Below are positions 1 through 9,547 of a DNA stretch of 64,000 nucleotides, in pieces; positions within the stretch are counted from its first letter, which is position 1; every line of letters starts with the position of its first letter. The DNA is taken from assembly GCA_965200315.1 (NCBI GenBank), contig OZ241362.1, positions 1,120,001 to 1,184,000 on the forward strand, given 5' to 3'. The position numbers were made by a program, and so were the translations under genes. The notes beneath the pieces were generated by a model, which did not search any database, was not told the DNA's origin, and was given only the letters and a program-made list of their open reading frames with translations. This DNA is from Candidatus Latescibacterota bacterium (lineage in GTDB: Bacteria; Latescibacterota; UBA2968; UBA8231).

Positions 1-1
1 A

Positions 2-1576
2 GCCCGCGTCCAAGCACTCGTCGAGGAGCTGGACATCCCCTTGCTGACCGGCGCGCCGCACACCAACTACAACGCGGCCTTCTTCGTCCAGCCCGGAGCC
101 GTAACTCTGCCCTCATACGCCAAGATGCACTTAGTGCCCTTTGGCGAGCGGACGCCTTACCGAGACGCCATCCCCCTGCTGCGCGACATCGACTGGACCC
201 GCCTGACCGGTGACCTCGGCCCGGCCGAATTCGCGCGCGGCACAGAGCACGCGGTTTTTGCTCATCCCCGGCACCCCTTTGCCGTGCTCATCTGCTTTGA
301 GTCCATCTTTCCCGATCTGGTGCGCCAGCACGTGGCGGCCGGAGCGCACCTGCTGGTCAACATCACCAATGACTCGTGGTTTGGCCGCAGCGCAGGGCCC
401 TATCAGCACGCGCTCATCAACGCCATGCGCGCCGTTGAAAACCGCACGGCCATCGCCCGCGCCGCCACCACCGGCATCTCCCTGTTCATCGACCCGTTTG
501 GCCGCACCTACGAAGCGACCGACCTTTTCACGCCTGCGGTCGCGGTCGCCACCGTGCCAGTCGGCCAACCCGCGACCTTTTACACTCGGCACGGCAACAT
601 CTTCGCCTACGGCTGCCTGCTAGTCGTCCTAGGCGCTTTCGTCTCCCGCTTTCGCAAGCCGCGATCCACCCGCGAGACAGTAGAAACCAACCATGAACCG
701 GAAGCTGATCACGACCCAGCAGCCCCCTACGACTCAGACTCGCCCCGAGAAGTCAACATGCCCTTTCTCGACCACCTCGAAGAACTCCGCTGGCGCATTC
801 TCAAAGCCCTAGCCGCGCTCGTCGTGGGCGCGGCAATTTGCTTCGCCTTCTCCGATTCGATTATGCAGATCTTGACCCAGCCATACGAAGAGGCCGTCTT
901 CAGCTTGGAGAGCGAGCAATCCTCGAGCGTGGTACGGGCGGTCAAAAAGCTGGTGAGCCAGTGGTTGGGCCAGCCCGATGCTGCACCGGCACCGGACGCG
1001 CCCACAGCCGACTTGCCCCCAGCGCGCCGACTACAAGCCCTCCGACCCATGACCTACTTCTTCATCAGCCTGCAAATCGCCTTTGTCGGCGGGCTACTGT
1101 TGGCGCTGCCGGTCATCTTCTACCAAGCTTGGTGCTTTGTTGCCCCGGGGCTTTTACAGCGCGAGAAACGGCTCACGCTGCCCATTATCTCGCTGAGCGT
1201 CCTCTGCTTCTCGGTCGGCGCACTGATCGCCTATTACATCGTCCTCCCGCTCGGGCTGCGCTTTTTCCTCGCGCTAGAGCCGCCCGACATGACCTCGCAA
1301 TGGGCGGCCGACGAGTACATCGGCTTTGTGCTGCGGCTGATCGCCGGCTTTGGCATCGTCTTTGAGATGCCGGTGCTGTCGCTCTTTTTGGCCAAGGTCG
1401 GAGTGCTGACCGCCGCGCGGATGCGCCATATCCGCCGCTACGCCATCATCGGAATCTTCGTCCTCGGCGCGATCTTCACGCCGCCCGATCCGGTCTCCCA
1501 ACTCCTGATGGCCCTGCCCTTGCTCCTGCTCTACGAAATCAGCATCTGGGTCTGCAAAATCGCCGAGCGCAAATAG
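2..1576 (+). CDS. lnt-tatC: Apolipoprotein N-acyltransferase (C-terminal part, 5'-truncated by window) fused in frame to twin-arginine translocase TatC
   Basis: Frame open from base 2. Lnt motifs KMHLVPFGE, ICFESIFP, NITNDSWFG, RAVENR. TatC motifs from ATG 758: MPFLDHLEELRWRI, GFGIVFEMP, TPPDPVSQ. No stop between the two. Confidence 0.85.
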   Translation, partial: ARVQALVEELDIPLLTGAPHTNYNAAFFVQPGAVTLPSYAKMHLVPFGERTPYRDAIPLLRDIDWTRLTGDLGPAEFARGTEHAVFAHPRHPFAVLICFESIFPDLVRQHVAAGAHLLVNITNDSWFGRSAGPYQHALINAMRAVENRTAIARAATTGISLFIDPFGRTYEATDLFTPAVAVATVPVGQPATFYTRHGNIFAYGCLLVVLGAFVSRFRKPRSTRETVETNHEPEADHDPAAPYDSDSPREVNMPFLDHLEELRWRILKALAALVVGAAICFAFSDSIMQILTQPYEEAVFSLESEQSSSVVRAVKKLVSQWLGQPDAAPAPDAPTADLPPARRLQALRPMTYFFISLQIAFVGGLLLALPVIFYQAWCFVAPGLLQREKRLTLPIISLSVLCFSVGALIAYYIVLPLGLRFFLALEPPDMTSQWAADEYIGFVLRLIAGFGIVFEMPVLSLFLAKVGVLTAARMRHIRRYAIIGIFVLGAIFTPPDPVSQLLMALPLLLLYEISIWVCKIAERK

Positions 1577-1749
1577 ACTGTATTCCTCCGCCGCGGCGAG
1601 CGGCTGCCATCCAAAACGCGATCCGTATCTGAATAAGACCTGACCTGTGGACGGGATTTCCAAACTGGGCATATAGCCGCAAACTCAACTATATTTATGC
1701 CCTCGAAATGGCCAAATTCCAATCTACAAACCACCCGAAAGGATTTTTC

Positions 1750-2766
1750 ATGGATGCCAAAGCACTCATCTGCGACGAGCAGCAAAACTTCGCGTTGACT
1801 GAGGTCGTACTGAACGATCCCGCCCCGGACCAAGTCGCGATCCGCACTCATTTCACTGGGGTCAGTATCGGCACTGAGTTCGGACTGATCAGCGGCAAGA
1901 TCAGCAAGATGGACCGCCACCCCTTTCCGCTGTGTACCGGCTATCAAGGCACGGGTACAATAGAAGCCGTCGGGGCCGATATCGACAATTTTGCGGTCGG
2001 CGACGAGGTGTACTTTCGCGGCAATGACGCGATGCGGCTGGCCGACGGAACGGAGGTTGGGTGCGTTTCCGGCGGGCATTGCAGCCGCGTCGTGACCCAG
2101 CCCAATACCACGCATGGCGTGGCCAAGATGGTGCCCGGAGCGGGGATGGATGTGGCGAGTTTGTTTGTGATGCCGGCCGTGGGGCTCTATGGAGTCGATA
2201 TGGCCAATCCGCGGATGGGAGATACGGTAGTGGTACACGGGGTGGGGATGATTGGCTTAGGGGTGGTGGCGGCTTGCGCACAGCGGGGGTGCATAGTGGT
2301 GGCGGTGGATATTGACGAAAAACCACTAGCGGTCGCCAAGGCGCTGGGCGCGGATTGTGCAATCAATGGCAAAAAGCAGGACGTAGCTGCTGTAGTAAGG
2401 GAGCTCGCGCCCGAAGGTGCCGATGTGGTATTCGAGTGCACCGGACATCCGCAGTGCATCGATTCGGCGATTGCCCTCTGTCGGCGGTTTGGGTCTTTCG
2501 TCTGGCAGGGCCACTACGGGGACGAGCCGGTCTCTCTGGACTTTCCTGTGCCGCACGGCAAACGGCTACAGATGTTCTTTCCCTGCGACGATGGCTGGCA
2601 GCCCTGCCGCCGCGCTGTGATCAAGAACATGGCGATGGAAGTGCTCAAGTGGGAACACTGCATTACCCATCGGATAGGGTGCGCCGAGATGCCAGCGATG
2701 TACGAGCGCATTAAGCAGGAGCGGGATGGGGATATCGTCGGGGTGGTCGTCGATTGGCGGGATTGA
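1750..2766 (+). CDS. Zinc-binding (MDR family) alcohol dehydrogenase-like oxidoreductase
   Basis: GVSIGTE, GYQGTG, HGVGMIG Rossmann motif, GADVVFECTG. Confidence 0.8.
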   Translation: MDAKALICDEQQNFALTEVVLNDPAPDQVAIRTHFTGVSIGTEFGLISGKISKMDRHPFPLCTGYQGTGTIEAVGADIDNFAVGDEVYFRGNDAMRLADGTEVGCVSGGHCSRVVTQPNTTHGVAKMVPGAGMDVASLFVMPAVGLYGVDMANPRMGDTVVVHGVGMIGLGVVAACAQRGCIVVAVDIDEKPLAVAKALGADCAINGKKQDVAAVVRELAPEGADVVFECTGHPQCIDSAIALCRRFGSFVWQGHYGDEPVSLDFPVPHGKRLQMFFPCDDGWQPCRRAVIKNMAMEVLKWEHCITHRIGCAEMPAMYERIKQERDGDIVGVVVDWRD

Positions 2767-2816
2767 GGCCGCTTGCAACACCGACACGGCATTCTAGCAA
2801 GGAGAAGAGAGCAGCA

Positions 2817-3027
2817 ATGCTGGGTAGGTTGGTTGTCGCCGGGTTGTTCGCATTCCTCCTGACTGGAGATGCGGATGCAGGTGCTACCGGACGGCGTACT
2901 TTTGGCAACCGGCGAGATCGACAGTAGCACGGTAGAAGTGGGTGCTTTTGTCGTGGTCGTCTATGAACGGAAAGAGCAGCCGCAGCCTTCGGGGGCTTGG
3001 GCACGACGGGATACGGCGAGCGGCTAA
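2817..3027 (+). pseudogene. Remnant of a secreted protein gene (signal peptide, frameshift, premature stop)
   Basis: RBS AAGGAG then MLGRLVVAGLFAFLLTGDADA; continues in another frame as QVLPDGVLLATGEIDSSTVEVGAFVVVVYE...DTASG-stop. Confidence 0.45.
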
Positions 3028-3175
3028 TTAATCAGAATGGTCAATGGCAATCAACCTCCACAGTCGATCCGGGTGGACAAAATAGCATTGATCCGACGCG
3101 CCCTTTGTTCGCCATATCTACGGCGAGTGCATATATTCGCTACCTGCGATTTCACCCCCCTTGAGGAGCCAGATC

Positions 3176-3973
3176 ATGCGCCAAAAATCGACCCGTATCG
3201 GCCTAATCGGCTATGGCCAGATCGGCCAAGCGGTCCACAAGATGATAGACGCTGACGCCGACAACGGCATGGAGGTCGTCTTCGTCCACGACCAAATGGC
3301 CGCGGCCGTCCAAAACCTCCCCGCCGACCTCTGCCTAGCGGATTTGAGCGACTTCGAATCGCGGCAGCCCGACCTCGTCGTCGAGATGGCCCACCCGGAC
3401 GTCACCCGCCAGTGGGGACAGACGATCCTCGAAAAAACCAACTACATGTTCATCTCAGTGACCGCCCTCGCCGACCGAGCCGTCGAAGCCACCCTTGAGG
3501 AGACGACCCGCCGCGCTGGCACCCGCGCCTTCGTCCCGCACGGAGGCGTGGTCGGCATGGACGCGCTGTTGGAAAACCGCGACGTATGGGAGTCGGTCGA
3601 TGTGGTGATGAAGAAGCCCCCGCACAACGTCGATTGCGCGGCCGCCGGCCTCGATCCCGACGACATCAAGGAAGAAACGGTCCTCTACGACGGCCCGACA
3701 CGCGGCATCTGCCCGCTCTTCCCGCGCAACGTCAACACGCACGCGGCCATCGCGTACGCCGGCATAGGCTTCGACCGCACGCACTCGCTGCTGCTCGTAA
3801 GCCCAAAGTGGAGCGAAGCCGTCGTCGAAATCCACGCCCAAGGCCCAGGCCTCGACCTCAAGGTCGCGCGCAGCGAGGGGATCACCGGCGTCACCGGGGC
3901 CTCGACGCCAGCTTCCATCTACAACACCGTGCAGATGATCGGCGCGACCGGCCCGGGCATCCACATCCGATGA
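3176..3973 (+). CDS. Aspartate dehydrogenase (NadX/DUF108)-like protein
   Basis: IGLIGYGQIG, PDLVVEMA, KKPP, LYDGPTRGICPLFPRNVNTHAAIA; RBS GAGGAG. Confidence 0.75.
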   Translation: MRQKSTRIGLIGYGQIGQAVHKMIDADADNGMEVVFVHDQMAAAVQNLPADLCLADLSDFESRQPDLVVEMAHPDVTRQWGQTILEKTNYMFISVTALADRAVEATLEETTRRAGTRAFVPHGGVVGMDALLENRDVWESVDVVMKKPPHNVDCAAAGLDPDDIKEETVLYDGPTRGICPLFPRNVNTHAAIAYAGIGFDRTHSLLLVSPKWSEAVVEIHAQGPGLDLKVARSEGITGVTGASTPASIYNTVQMIGATGPGIHIR

Positions 3974-5133
3974 AACCTTTTGCCCGCATCCCCGCGGCTA
4001 TTCCCCGCTCGGGCATCCGCGAGATCATGGACTTGGCCTGGGCTGTCGAAAAGACGGGCGAGGTCATCCACCTCGAAGTCGGGCAACCCGACTTTGCCAC
4101 GCCGGCACCCATTGTCGAAGCTACCTGTCGCTACGTACGCGCCGGCCACACCAAGTACGTGCCCAACGCCGGCGTCGATGCTTTGCGCACAGCCGCGGCT
4201 CGCTACTTCGAGCGCCGCACCGGCGTACCGACCACCAGCGAAAACATCCTCGTCACCCCCGGGGCCGTCATGAGCGTGGCGACCGCTTTCCTCGCCTTGC
4301 TCGAACCGGGCGACGAAGTCCTATTGCCCGATCCAGGCTGGCCCAACTACGAAATGGCCATCTCCATCGTCCACGGCCGCCCCGTCTTTTACAATTTGCG
4401 GGCGGAAAACCACTTTCTGCCCGACCTCGACGAGATCGACCGCCTAGTCAGCCCCCGCACCAAGCTCCTCCTCCTCTGCACGCCCTCCAACCCCACCGGC
4501 CAAGTGTACGACGAGTCCCTGATGCGCCAGCTCATGGACTTGGCCCAGCACCGCGACTTGTGGGTGCTGTCCGACGAGATCTACGGCCAGATCGTCTTCG
4601 ACCAACCTCATCAGAGCGCATTGCCATACGACGCGGATGGACGCACCATCGTCGTCTCCGGTATGTCCAAAAGCTACGCCATGACCGGCTACCGAGTCGG
4701 CTTTACTCGCGCCAATCCCGAGTACATCGAACTAGCCTCCAAGCTCCAAGAGCCCTTTATCTCGTGTGGCACGGGCTTTTCCCAGCTAGCGTCAGCCGAC
4801 GCGCTCGATGGCCCGCAAGACGACGTAGCCGCCATGTGCCGCGCCTATGCGCGCCGCCGCGACATCGCCCTTGATGTCCTGAGAGAATACGACTTATACC
4901 GCTACACCCCAGGCGGCGCGATCTACCTGATGATCGACATCTCCACAGCCAGCATGGACTCCGGCGAATTCGCCATCCGGCTGCTCAAAGAACAGCGCGT
5001 GGCCGTGGCCCCGGGCAGCACCTTCGGCCAGATGTGCCGCGACCACGTGCGCATCTCCATCGCCGCCTCCGAAGAACACATCCGCCGAGGCGTAACTACC
5101 ATCTGCGAATTCGCACAACAAGCCGGCAGCTAA
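3970..5133 (+). CDS. PLP-dependent class I/II aminotransferase (aspartate aminotransferase-like)
   Basis: LEVGQPDF, TPSNPTG, SDEIY, SKSYAMTGYRVG; ATGA overlap with upstream gene. Confidence 0.9.
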   Translation: MKPFARIPAAIPRSGIREIMDLAWAVEKTGEVIHLEVGQPDFATPAPIVEATCRYVRAGHTKYVPNAGVDALRTAAARYFERRTGVPTTSENILVTPGAVMSVATAFLALLEPGDEVLLPDPGWPNYEMAISIVHGRPVFYNLRAENHFLPDLDEIDRLVSPRTKLLLLCTPSNPTGQVYDESLMRQLMDLAQHRDLWVLSDEIYGQIVFDQPHQSALPYDADGRTIVVSGMSKSYAMTGYRVGFTRANPEYIELASKLQEPFISCGTGFSQLASADALDGPQDDVAAMCRAYARRRDIALDVLREYDLYRYTPGGAIYLMIDISTASMDSGEFAIRLLKEQRVAVAPGSTFGQMCRDHVRISIAASEEHIRRGVTTICEFAQQAGS

Positions 5134-5150
5134 GCGAAGGAACATCCGTT

Positions 5151-5909
5151 TTGGACCGCGAATTGTTGCAACGGGGGTTCGTCCCCCAGCCACTGACGTC
5201 CGCACAATGCAGCGCGCTAGACGCCAACGGCTTCATCCTCTTGGAAAAAGTCATCGCGCCCGCCTGGCTGGCCGAGTTGCGCCGTGCTTTTGACGCGATT
5301 TTTGCCCGCGAAGGCGACCAAGCCGGCGCTGAGGTATCCCAAGTGGAGGGCGTACGCCGCCTCGCCGATTTGGTCAACAAGGGGACGGTTTTCGACGCGG
5401 TGTACCTACAGCCAGCACTGCTGACGGCGGTCTTCCACGTCTTGCAGCGGCCGTTTAAGCTGCACTCGCTCAACGGGCACGCCCCACTGCCCGGCCGCGG
5501 CTTACAGACCCTACATGCGGATTGGGGGCAACCCACCGTGCCCGGCGGGCCGTACCACGTCGTCAACTCCATGTGGATGCTCGACGATTTCACCGCAGCC
5601 AACGGCGCGACCCGCTGCGTCCCCGGCAGCCACCGCAAACCCGGCCGGGTTGCCGACTACGTGGCCGACCGCTTGGCCGATCATCCCGAGCAAGTGCATC
5701 TGACGGGCCGCGCCGGCTCGATCGCCGTGTTCAACGGCAGCCTCTGGCACAGCTCGTATCGCAACCAGAGCAACGCCCCCCGCCGCACTCTGCACTGCGC
5801 CTTTATCGCCCGCGAGCACCCGCAACAGACCAACCAGCGCGAGTACTTGCAGCCCGCCACCGCCCAGCGGCTCTCGCCACTAGCGCACTACATTCTCGAC
5901 GTGGAGTGA
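5151..5909 (+). CDS. Phytanoyl-CoA dioxygenase (PhyH) family Fe/2OG enzyme
   Basis: LHADW (HxD), DDFTAANGATRCVPGSH, LWH; TTG start inferred. Confidence 0.85.
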   Translation: MDRELLQRGFVPQPLTSAQCSALDANGFILLEKVIAPAWLAELRRAFDAIFAREGDQAGAEVSQVEGVRRLADLVNKGTVFDAVYLQPALLTAVFHVLQRPFKLHSLNGHAPLPGRGLQTLHADWGQPTVPGGPYHVVNSMWMLDDFTAANGATRCVPGSHRKPGRVADYVADRLADHPEQVHLTGRAGSIAVFNGSLWHSSYRNQSNAPRRTLHCAFIAREHPQQTNQREYLQPATAQRLSPLAHYILDVE

Positions 5910-5911
5910 AC

Positions 5912-6991
5912 CTAGAGGTATTTCTCGTACCCCTGCTTTTCTTTGAGATGGTCCACCGCGTCTTTCACCTGCTGAGCCGCCCCCTTCGCGCACACCAGCA
6001 GCGCGTCTTCGGTATCCACCACCACCAAGTCCTCCACTCCCAACAGCAGCACGACTTTGTCGGCTTGTCCGTACACCGTCGAACGGGCCGCGTCCAACGC
6101 CACCACCTCGCCCGACAGCAAATTGCCCGCGTCATCCGTCGGCAACACGTCCGTCAGCGCCGACCAAGAGCCGATGTCCCCCCAGGCGATATCCGCCTCT
6201 AGCGTGGCCACCTTGGAGGTGCGCTCAACCAAGGAGTGGTCGATGGAGATCGGCTTGAGTTTTGGATACTCGCGGGCGATAACCGCTTCCTCTTCCGGCG
6301 TACCAATGGCTGCTTGGATGCGCCGCAACCCAGCGTGCATTTCCGGCTCAAAGCGGGCGAAAAGCTCCAGCACGGTCGCCGCCTTCCAGACAAACATATT
6401 GCTGTTCCACAAATAGTGACCGCTCGCCACGTACTCAGCCGCCTGTTGTGCGGCGGGCTTTTCAGTAAACTCGGCAACCGCGTACACCGGCCTCCCGCGC
6501 ACCTGTGCCAGCACGGGACCGCGGCGGATGTAGCCATAACCAGTTTCAGCGCGCGTCGGCTTGACCCCGAGCGTGAACAAGTAGTCGGGCCGATCATTTA
6601 GGGCTTGGTCGGCGACCTGCAACAAGCGGCAGAACTCATCGGGCCGGCCTATGTAGTGGTCCGATCCCAAGCTAGCGACCGTGCAGCCCGGATGGCGGGC
6701 CTCTAACAGCGCACATTCCAAGCCGATGGCCGGTCCGGTATTGCGCAGCGCTGGCTCGACGATGAGCTGCTCCGGCGGCAGCGTCGGCACTTGGTCCCTC
6801 ACCAGCGACTGCAACGAGCCTCCGGTCGAGATGTACACATCGGTCGGCGCGGCAATCGCACCAATGCGGGCGACCGCGTCTTGGAGCATGGTCTGCTCGC
6901 CGGCCATGCAGTGGAACTGTTTGGGCTTGCGCGCTCGGCTATAGGGCCACAGCCGCGTACCGACCCCTCCAGCGCGAATGACGAATTTCAT
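5912..6991 (-). CDS. manC: Mannose-1-phosphate guanylyltransferase
   Basis: AGGVGTRLWPYSR..KPKQF, EPALRNTGPAI, ETGYGYI, FTEKP, WGDIGSW. Confidence 0.88.
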   Translation of the reverse strand: MKFVIRAGGVGTRLWPYSRARKPKQFHCMAGEQTMLQDAVARIGAIAAPTDVYISTGGSLQSLVRDQVPTLPPEQLIVEPALRNTGPAIGLECALLEARHPGCTVASLGSDHYIGRPDEFCRLLQVADQALNDRPDYLFTLGVKPTRAETGYGYIRRGPVLAQVRGRPVYAVAEFTEKPAAQQAAEYVASGHYLWNSNMFVWKAATVLELFARFEPEMHAGLRRIQAAIGTPEEEAVIAREYPKLKPISIDHSLVERTSKVATLEADIAWGDIGSWSALTDVLPTDDAGNLLSGEVVALDAARSTVYGQADKVVLLLGVEDLVVVDTEDALLVCAKGAAQQVKDAVDHLKEKQGYEKYL

Positions 6992-7116
6992 TGGTTGACA
7001 CTCCCGTGATGAATTCAGCGTCGAGCAATATAACCAATTGCCGACCCCTAGCAGAGTGGACTATTGTTTAACCTGATGCTGTTATGTATCTTTAGAAATT
7101 TTACAAGGAACTTCGC

Positions 7117-8373
7117 ATGGCCTATTCGCAATTCGACCGGGTTCCCAATCACTACACCGGCCCCCTCATCCAGCGCATCAAGGACTTCCGCCTGAAAAAC
7201 GGCAAGCGTTCGCTGTACCCGACGCTCCTGCAAGTCGGCCAGCTACAGGTCTTAATCCCCCGGCACTTTGGCTTTTGCTTTGGAGTCGAGCGGGCCATTC
7301 ACATGGCCTTTTCAGCCCTAAAAAAGCACCCGGAGCGCAACACGTACCTCGTCAGCGAGATCATCCACAACCCCTTGGTCAACAACGACCTCAAAAAGCA
7401 AGGCATCCGCTTTATTTACGCTCCCGAGGGGGACCGCCAAGTCTCCGAAGAGGAGCTAAACAGCGACGACATCGCGCTCATCCCGGCCTTCGGCACCACC
7501 ATGCAGACCGAAGAATCGCTCCGCCAAAGCGGCATCGACATCGAATCCGAGGAATACCGAGAAAATTACGATACCACGTGCCCTTTTGTGTCCAAAGTGT
7601 GGAAGCGCGGCGAGGAGCTAGGCCGCCAAGGCTATACCATCATCATCCACGGCAAGTACAACCACGCAGAGACCCAAGCGACTCATTCGCATACCGAGGA
7701 ACACACCAAAACCCTAGTGGTATTCGACGAAGCCGAAGCCGAAAAGGTGGCCGCGTACATCACGGGTGCGCTGCCACTAGCCGACTTCGAGCGCATCTTT
7801 GCCAGCAAAAGTTCAGCGGGTTTCGACCCACAAAAGGACCTAACGCGGGTGGCCGTGGTCAACCAGACGACCATGCTCGCTGAGGAAACGCAAGCAGTGG
7901 CCGCAATTTTGCGCCGCGCCATGCGCCAGCGCTATGGCGATGACAACCTCGACTACCACTGCGCCGACACCAATGACACCCTGTGCTACGCCACTCATCA
8001 AAACCAGAACGCCATGCGGACCCTGCTAAGCTCTGGTGCCGATTTGGCTTTGATCTTGGGTGGTTACAATAGCTCAAACACCTCGCATTTAGTCGAGCTG
8101 TGCCTCCAATCCATGCCGAGCTTCCTCATCGCCGACAGCGACGAGATCCTATCGGATCAGCGCATCCGCCATTTTGATATTCACGCCAAAAAAATAGTCG
8201 AGAGCGAGAGCTGGCTGCCGCACACCCTACCCGTGCGGCTAATCATTACCTCGGGCGCATCCTGCCCGGATATCCTCATGGACCGAGTGCTGGAAAAGGT
8301 CGCCGGCTTGTACGGGTACGGCGCACAAGAAATTGACGCTGCCCACTTGCAGATCTTTGAGGATAGCCTGTGA
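7117..8373 (+). CDS. ispH: 4-hydroxy-3-methylbut-2-enyl diphosphate reductase
   Basis: FGFCFGVERAI, IIHNP, DTTCPFV, NQTTM, DTLCYAT, GGYNSSNTSHL, TSGASCPD. Confidence 0.95.
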   Translation: MAYSQFDRVPNHYTGPLIQRIKDFRLKNGKRSLYPTLLQVGQLQVLIPRHFGFCFGVERAIHMAFSALKKHPERNTYLVSEIIHNPLVNNDLKKQGIRFIYAPEGDRQVSEEELNSDDIALIPAFGTTMQTEESLRQSGIDIESEEYRENYDTTCPFVSKVWKRGEELGRQGYTIIIHGKYNHAETQATHSHTEEHTKTLVVFDEAEAEKVAAYITGALPLADFERIFASKSSAGFDPQKDLTRVAVVNQTTMLAEETQAVAAILRRAMRQRYGDDNLDYHCADTNDTLCYATHQNQNAMRTLLSSGADLALILGGYNSSNTSHLVELCLQSMPSFLIADSDEILSDQRIRHFDIHAKKIVESESWLPHTLPVRLIITSGASCPDILMDRVLEKVAGLYGYGAQEIDAAHLQIFEDSL

Positions 8374-8672
8374 TACTCGGCCTCGTCAAAGGGCATGTGG
8401 TCTCCAGCGCCAAGGTAGATGCGCTCGAAGGCGAGAAACTCTTAATCGTCGAGATCCTCACCGCCACGCCCGAAAGTTTGCAGCGCACGCAAAAGCACAT
8501 CGTCTGCATCGACGGTGTGCAAGCGGGCGAGGGCGAACTCGTCGTCGTCGTGCAGGGGAGTTCAGCGCGGCAGGCACCGGGCATGGATCAAATGCCAGTA
8601 GATGCGCTGATCATCGGCATTGTGGATTCGCTACAGGCGTTTGGGCGCACCCTAGAAAAGCAAGTCGCATGA
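8370..8672 (+). CDS. BMC vertex protein (EutN/CcmL, BMC-P) 1
   Basis: GLVKGHVVSSAK..LEGEKLLIV, DGVQAGEGELVVVVQGSSAR, PVDALIIGIVD. Confidence 0.9.
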   Translation: MILGLVKGHVVSSAKVDALEGEKLLIVEILTATPESLQRTQKHIVCIDGVQAGEGELVVVVQGSSARQAPGMDQMPVDALIIGIVDSLQAFGRTLEKQVA

Positions 8673-8929
8673 GGATCTGCCGCGTCATTGGCCACGTAGT
8701 CGCCAGCAGCAAACATCCCTTGCTCGCTGGCCAGAAGATCATGGTGGTACGCCCCGAAGACGAGGAGGACGGTGCTTTGCAGGTGGCGGTTGATGGGAGC
8801 CAAGCAGGGATCGGCAGCAAAGTGCTGGTCGTTCAGTCGGGAGCCGCCGGGGCCGCGGTGACCGGGGCCGAGCGGCCGCCGTGCAGGAGCGTAATCGTGG
8901 GAATTATCGACGAAGAGGCTGCCGAGTGA
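8669..8929 (+). CDS. BMC vertex protein (EutN/CcmL, BMC-P) 2
   Basis: MRICRVIGHVVASSKHPLLAGQKIMVV, AVDGSQAGIGSKVLV, SVIVGIID. Confidence 0.88.
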   Translation: MRICRVIGHVVASSKHPLLAGQKIMVVRPEDEEDGALQVAVDGSQAGIGSKVLVVQSGAAGAAVTGAERPPCRSVIVGIIDEEAAE

Positions 8930-9189
8930 AGCTAGCCAAGGTAGTGGGCACCGTAGTGCTCTCGCAGTGCATTGAGCCGTTCCGCGGCCAGATATTGCAC
9001 CTGACCCAAGACCTCGACGAGCACTTAGAACCTATGGGCGAGGCCGAGGTCTGCGCGACGTGGGCAGCCCTGCGCGAGGGAGACGCGGCCATCGTCGAGG
9101 TCGCACGCGAAGCCTGCAATGCCTTCGCCCCTCCGCTGCCTACGGACGCGGCCATCGTCGGCAAGGTGGACGAGATACACCTCGGCTAA
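8926..9189 (+). CDS. BMC vertex protein (EutN/CcmL, BMC-P) 3, divergent
   Basis: KLAKVVGTVVLSQ, REACNAF..PTDAAIVGKVD; GTGA overlap with gene 2. Confidence 0.8.
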   Translation: MKLAKVVGTVVLSQCIEPFRGQILHLTQDLDEHLEPMGEAEVCATWAALREGDAAIVEVAREACNAFAPPLPTDAAIVGKVDEIHLG

Positions 9190-9482
9190 GCCGCATGGCG
9201 CTCGGCCCGAGCACTGCGCAGCCTTTCTAGCTCTAGCATCCAAGCATCTTCGTACTGACGCAGCACCCGATACCACGCGCTCAGATCCGCTTCGCCGCGC
9301 AGGAGCTGACGGGCGGTTTGATCGATGACTTTCTCGGCCTGCTGAACTTGGGGGCGGGCGGCCGAGCTGCACATGGGAATGGGGCCGAAAGCACTTCGCA
9401 CCCGATTGATGACCGCGCTGAGCTCGCCGCCTAGGCGGGATATGGATGGGGATGTGGGGAATGATGCGCGCTGCCTGTGCAT
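9186..9482 (-). CDS. Small hypothetical protein
   Basis: RBS AGGAGG before ATG; helical C-terminal half; has its own promoter. Confidence 0.6.
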   Translation of the reverse strand: MHRQRASFPTSPSISRLGGELSAVINRVRSAFGPIPMCSSAARPQVQQAEKVIDQTARQLLRGEADLSAWYRVLRQYEDAWMLELERLRSARAERHAA

Positions 9483-9547
9483 TGGAAACCTCCTAAGGGA
9501 GTGCTGGCGCTTGGGGATGCGCCAGAGAGGACTTGGGGAATCGCTTT

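Noticed and set aside
3586-3969. N-terminal extension of the 515-aa aminotransferase ORF
   Set aside because: Arg-rich shadow overlapping the upstream gene; the real start is ATG 3970.
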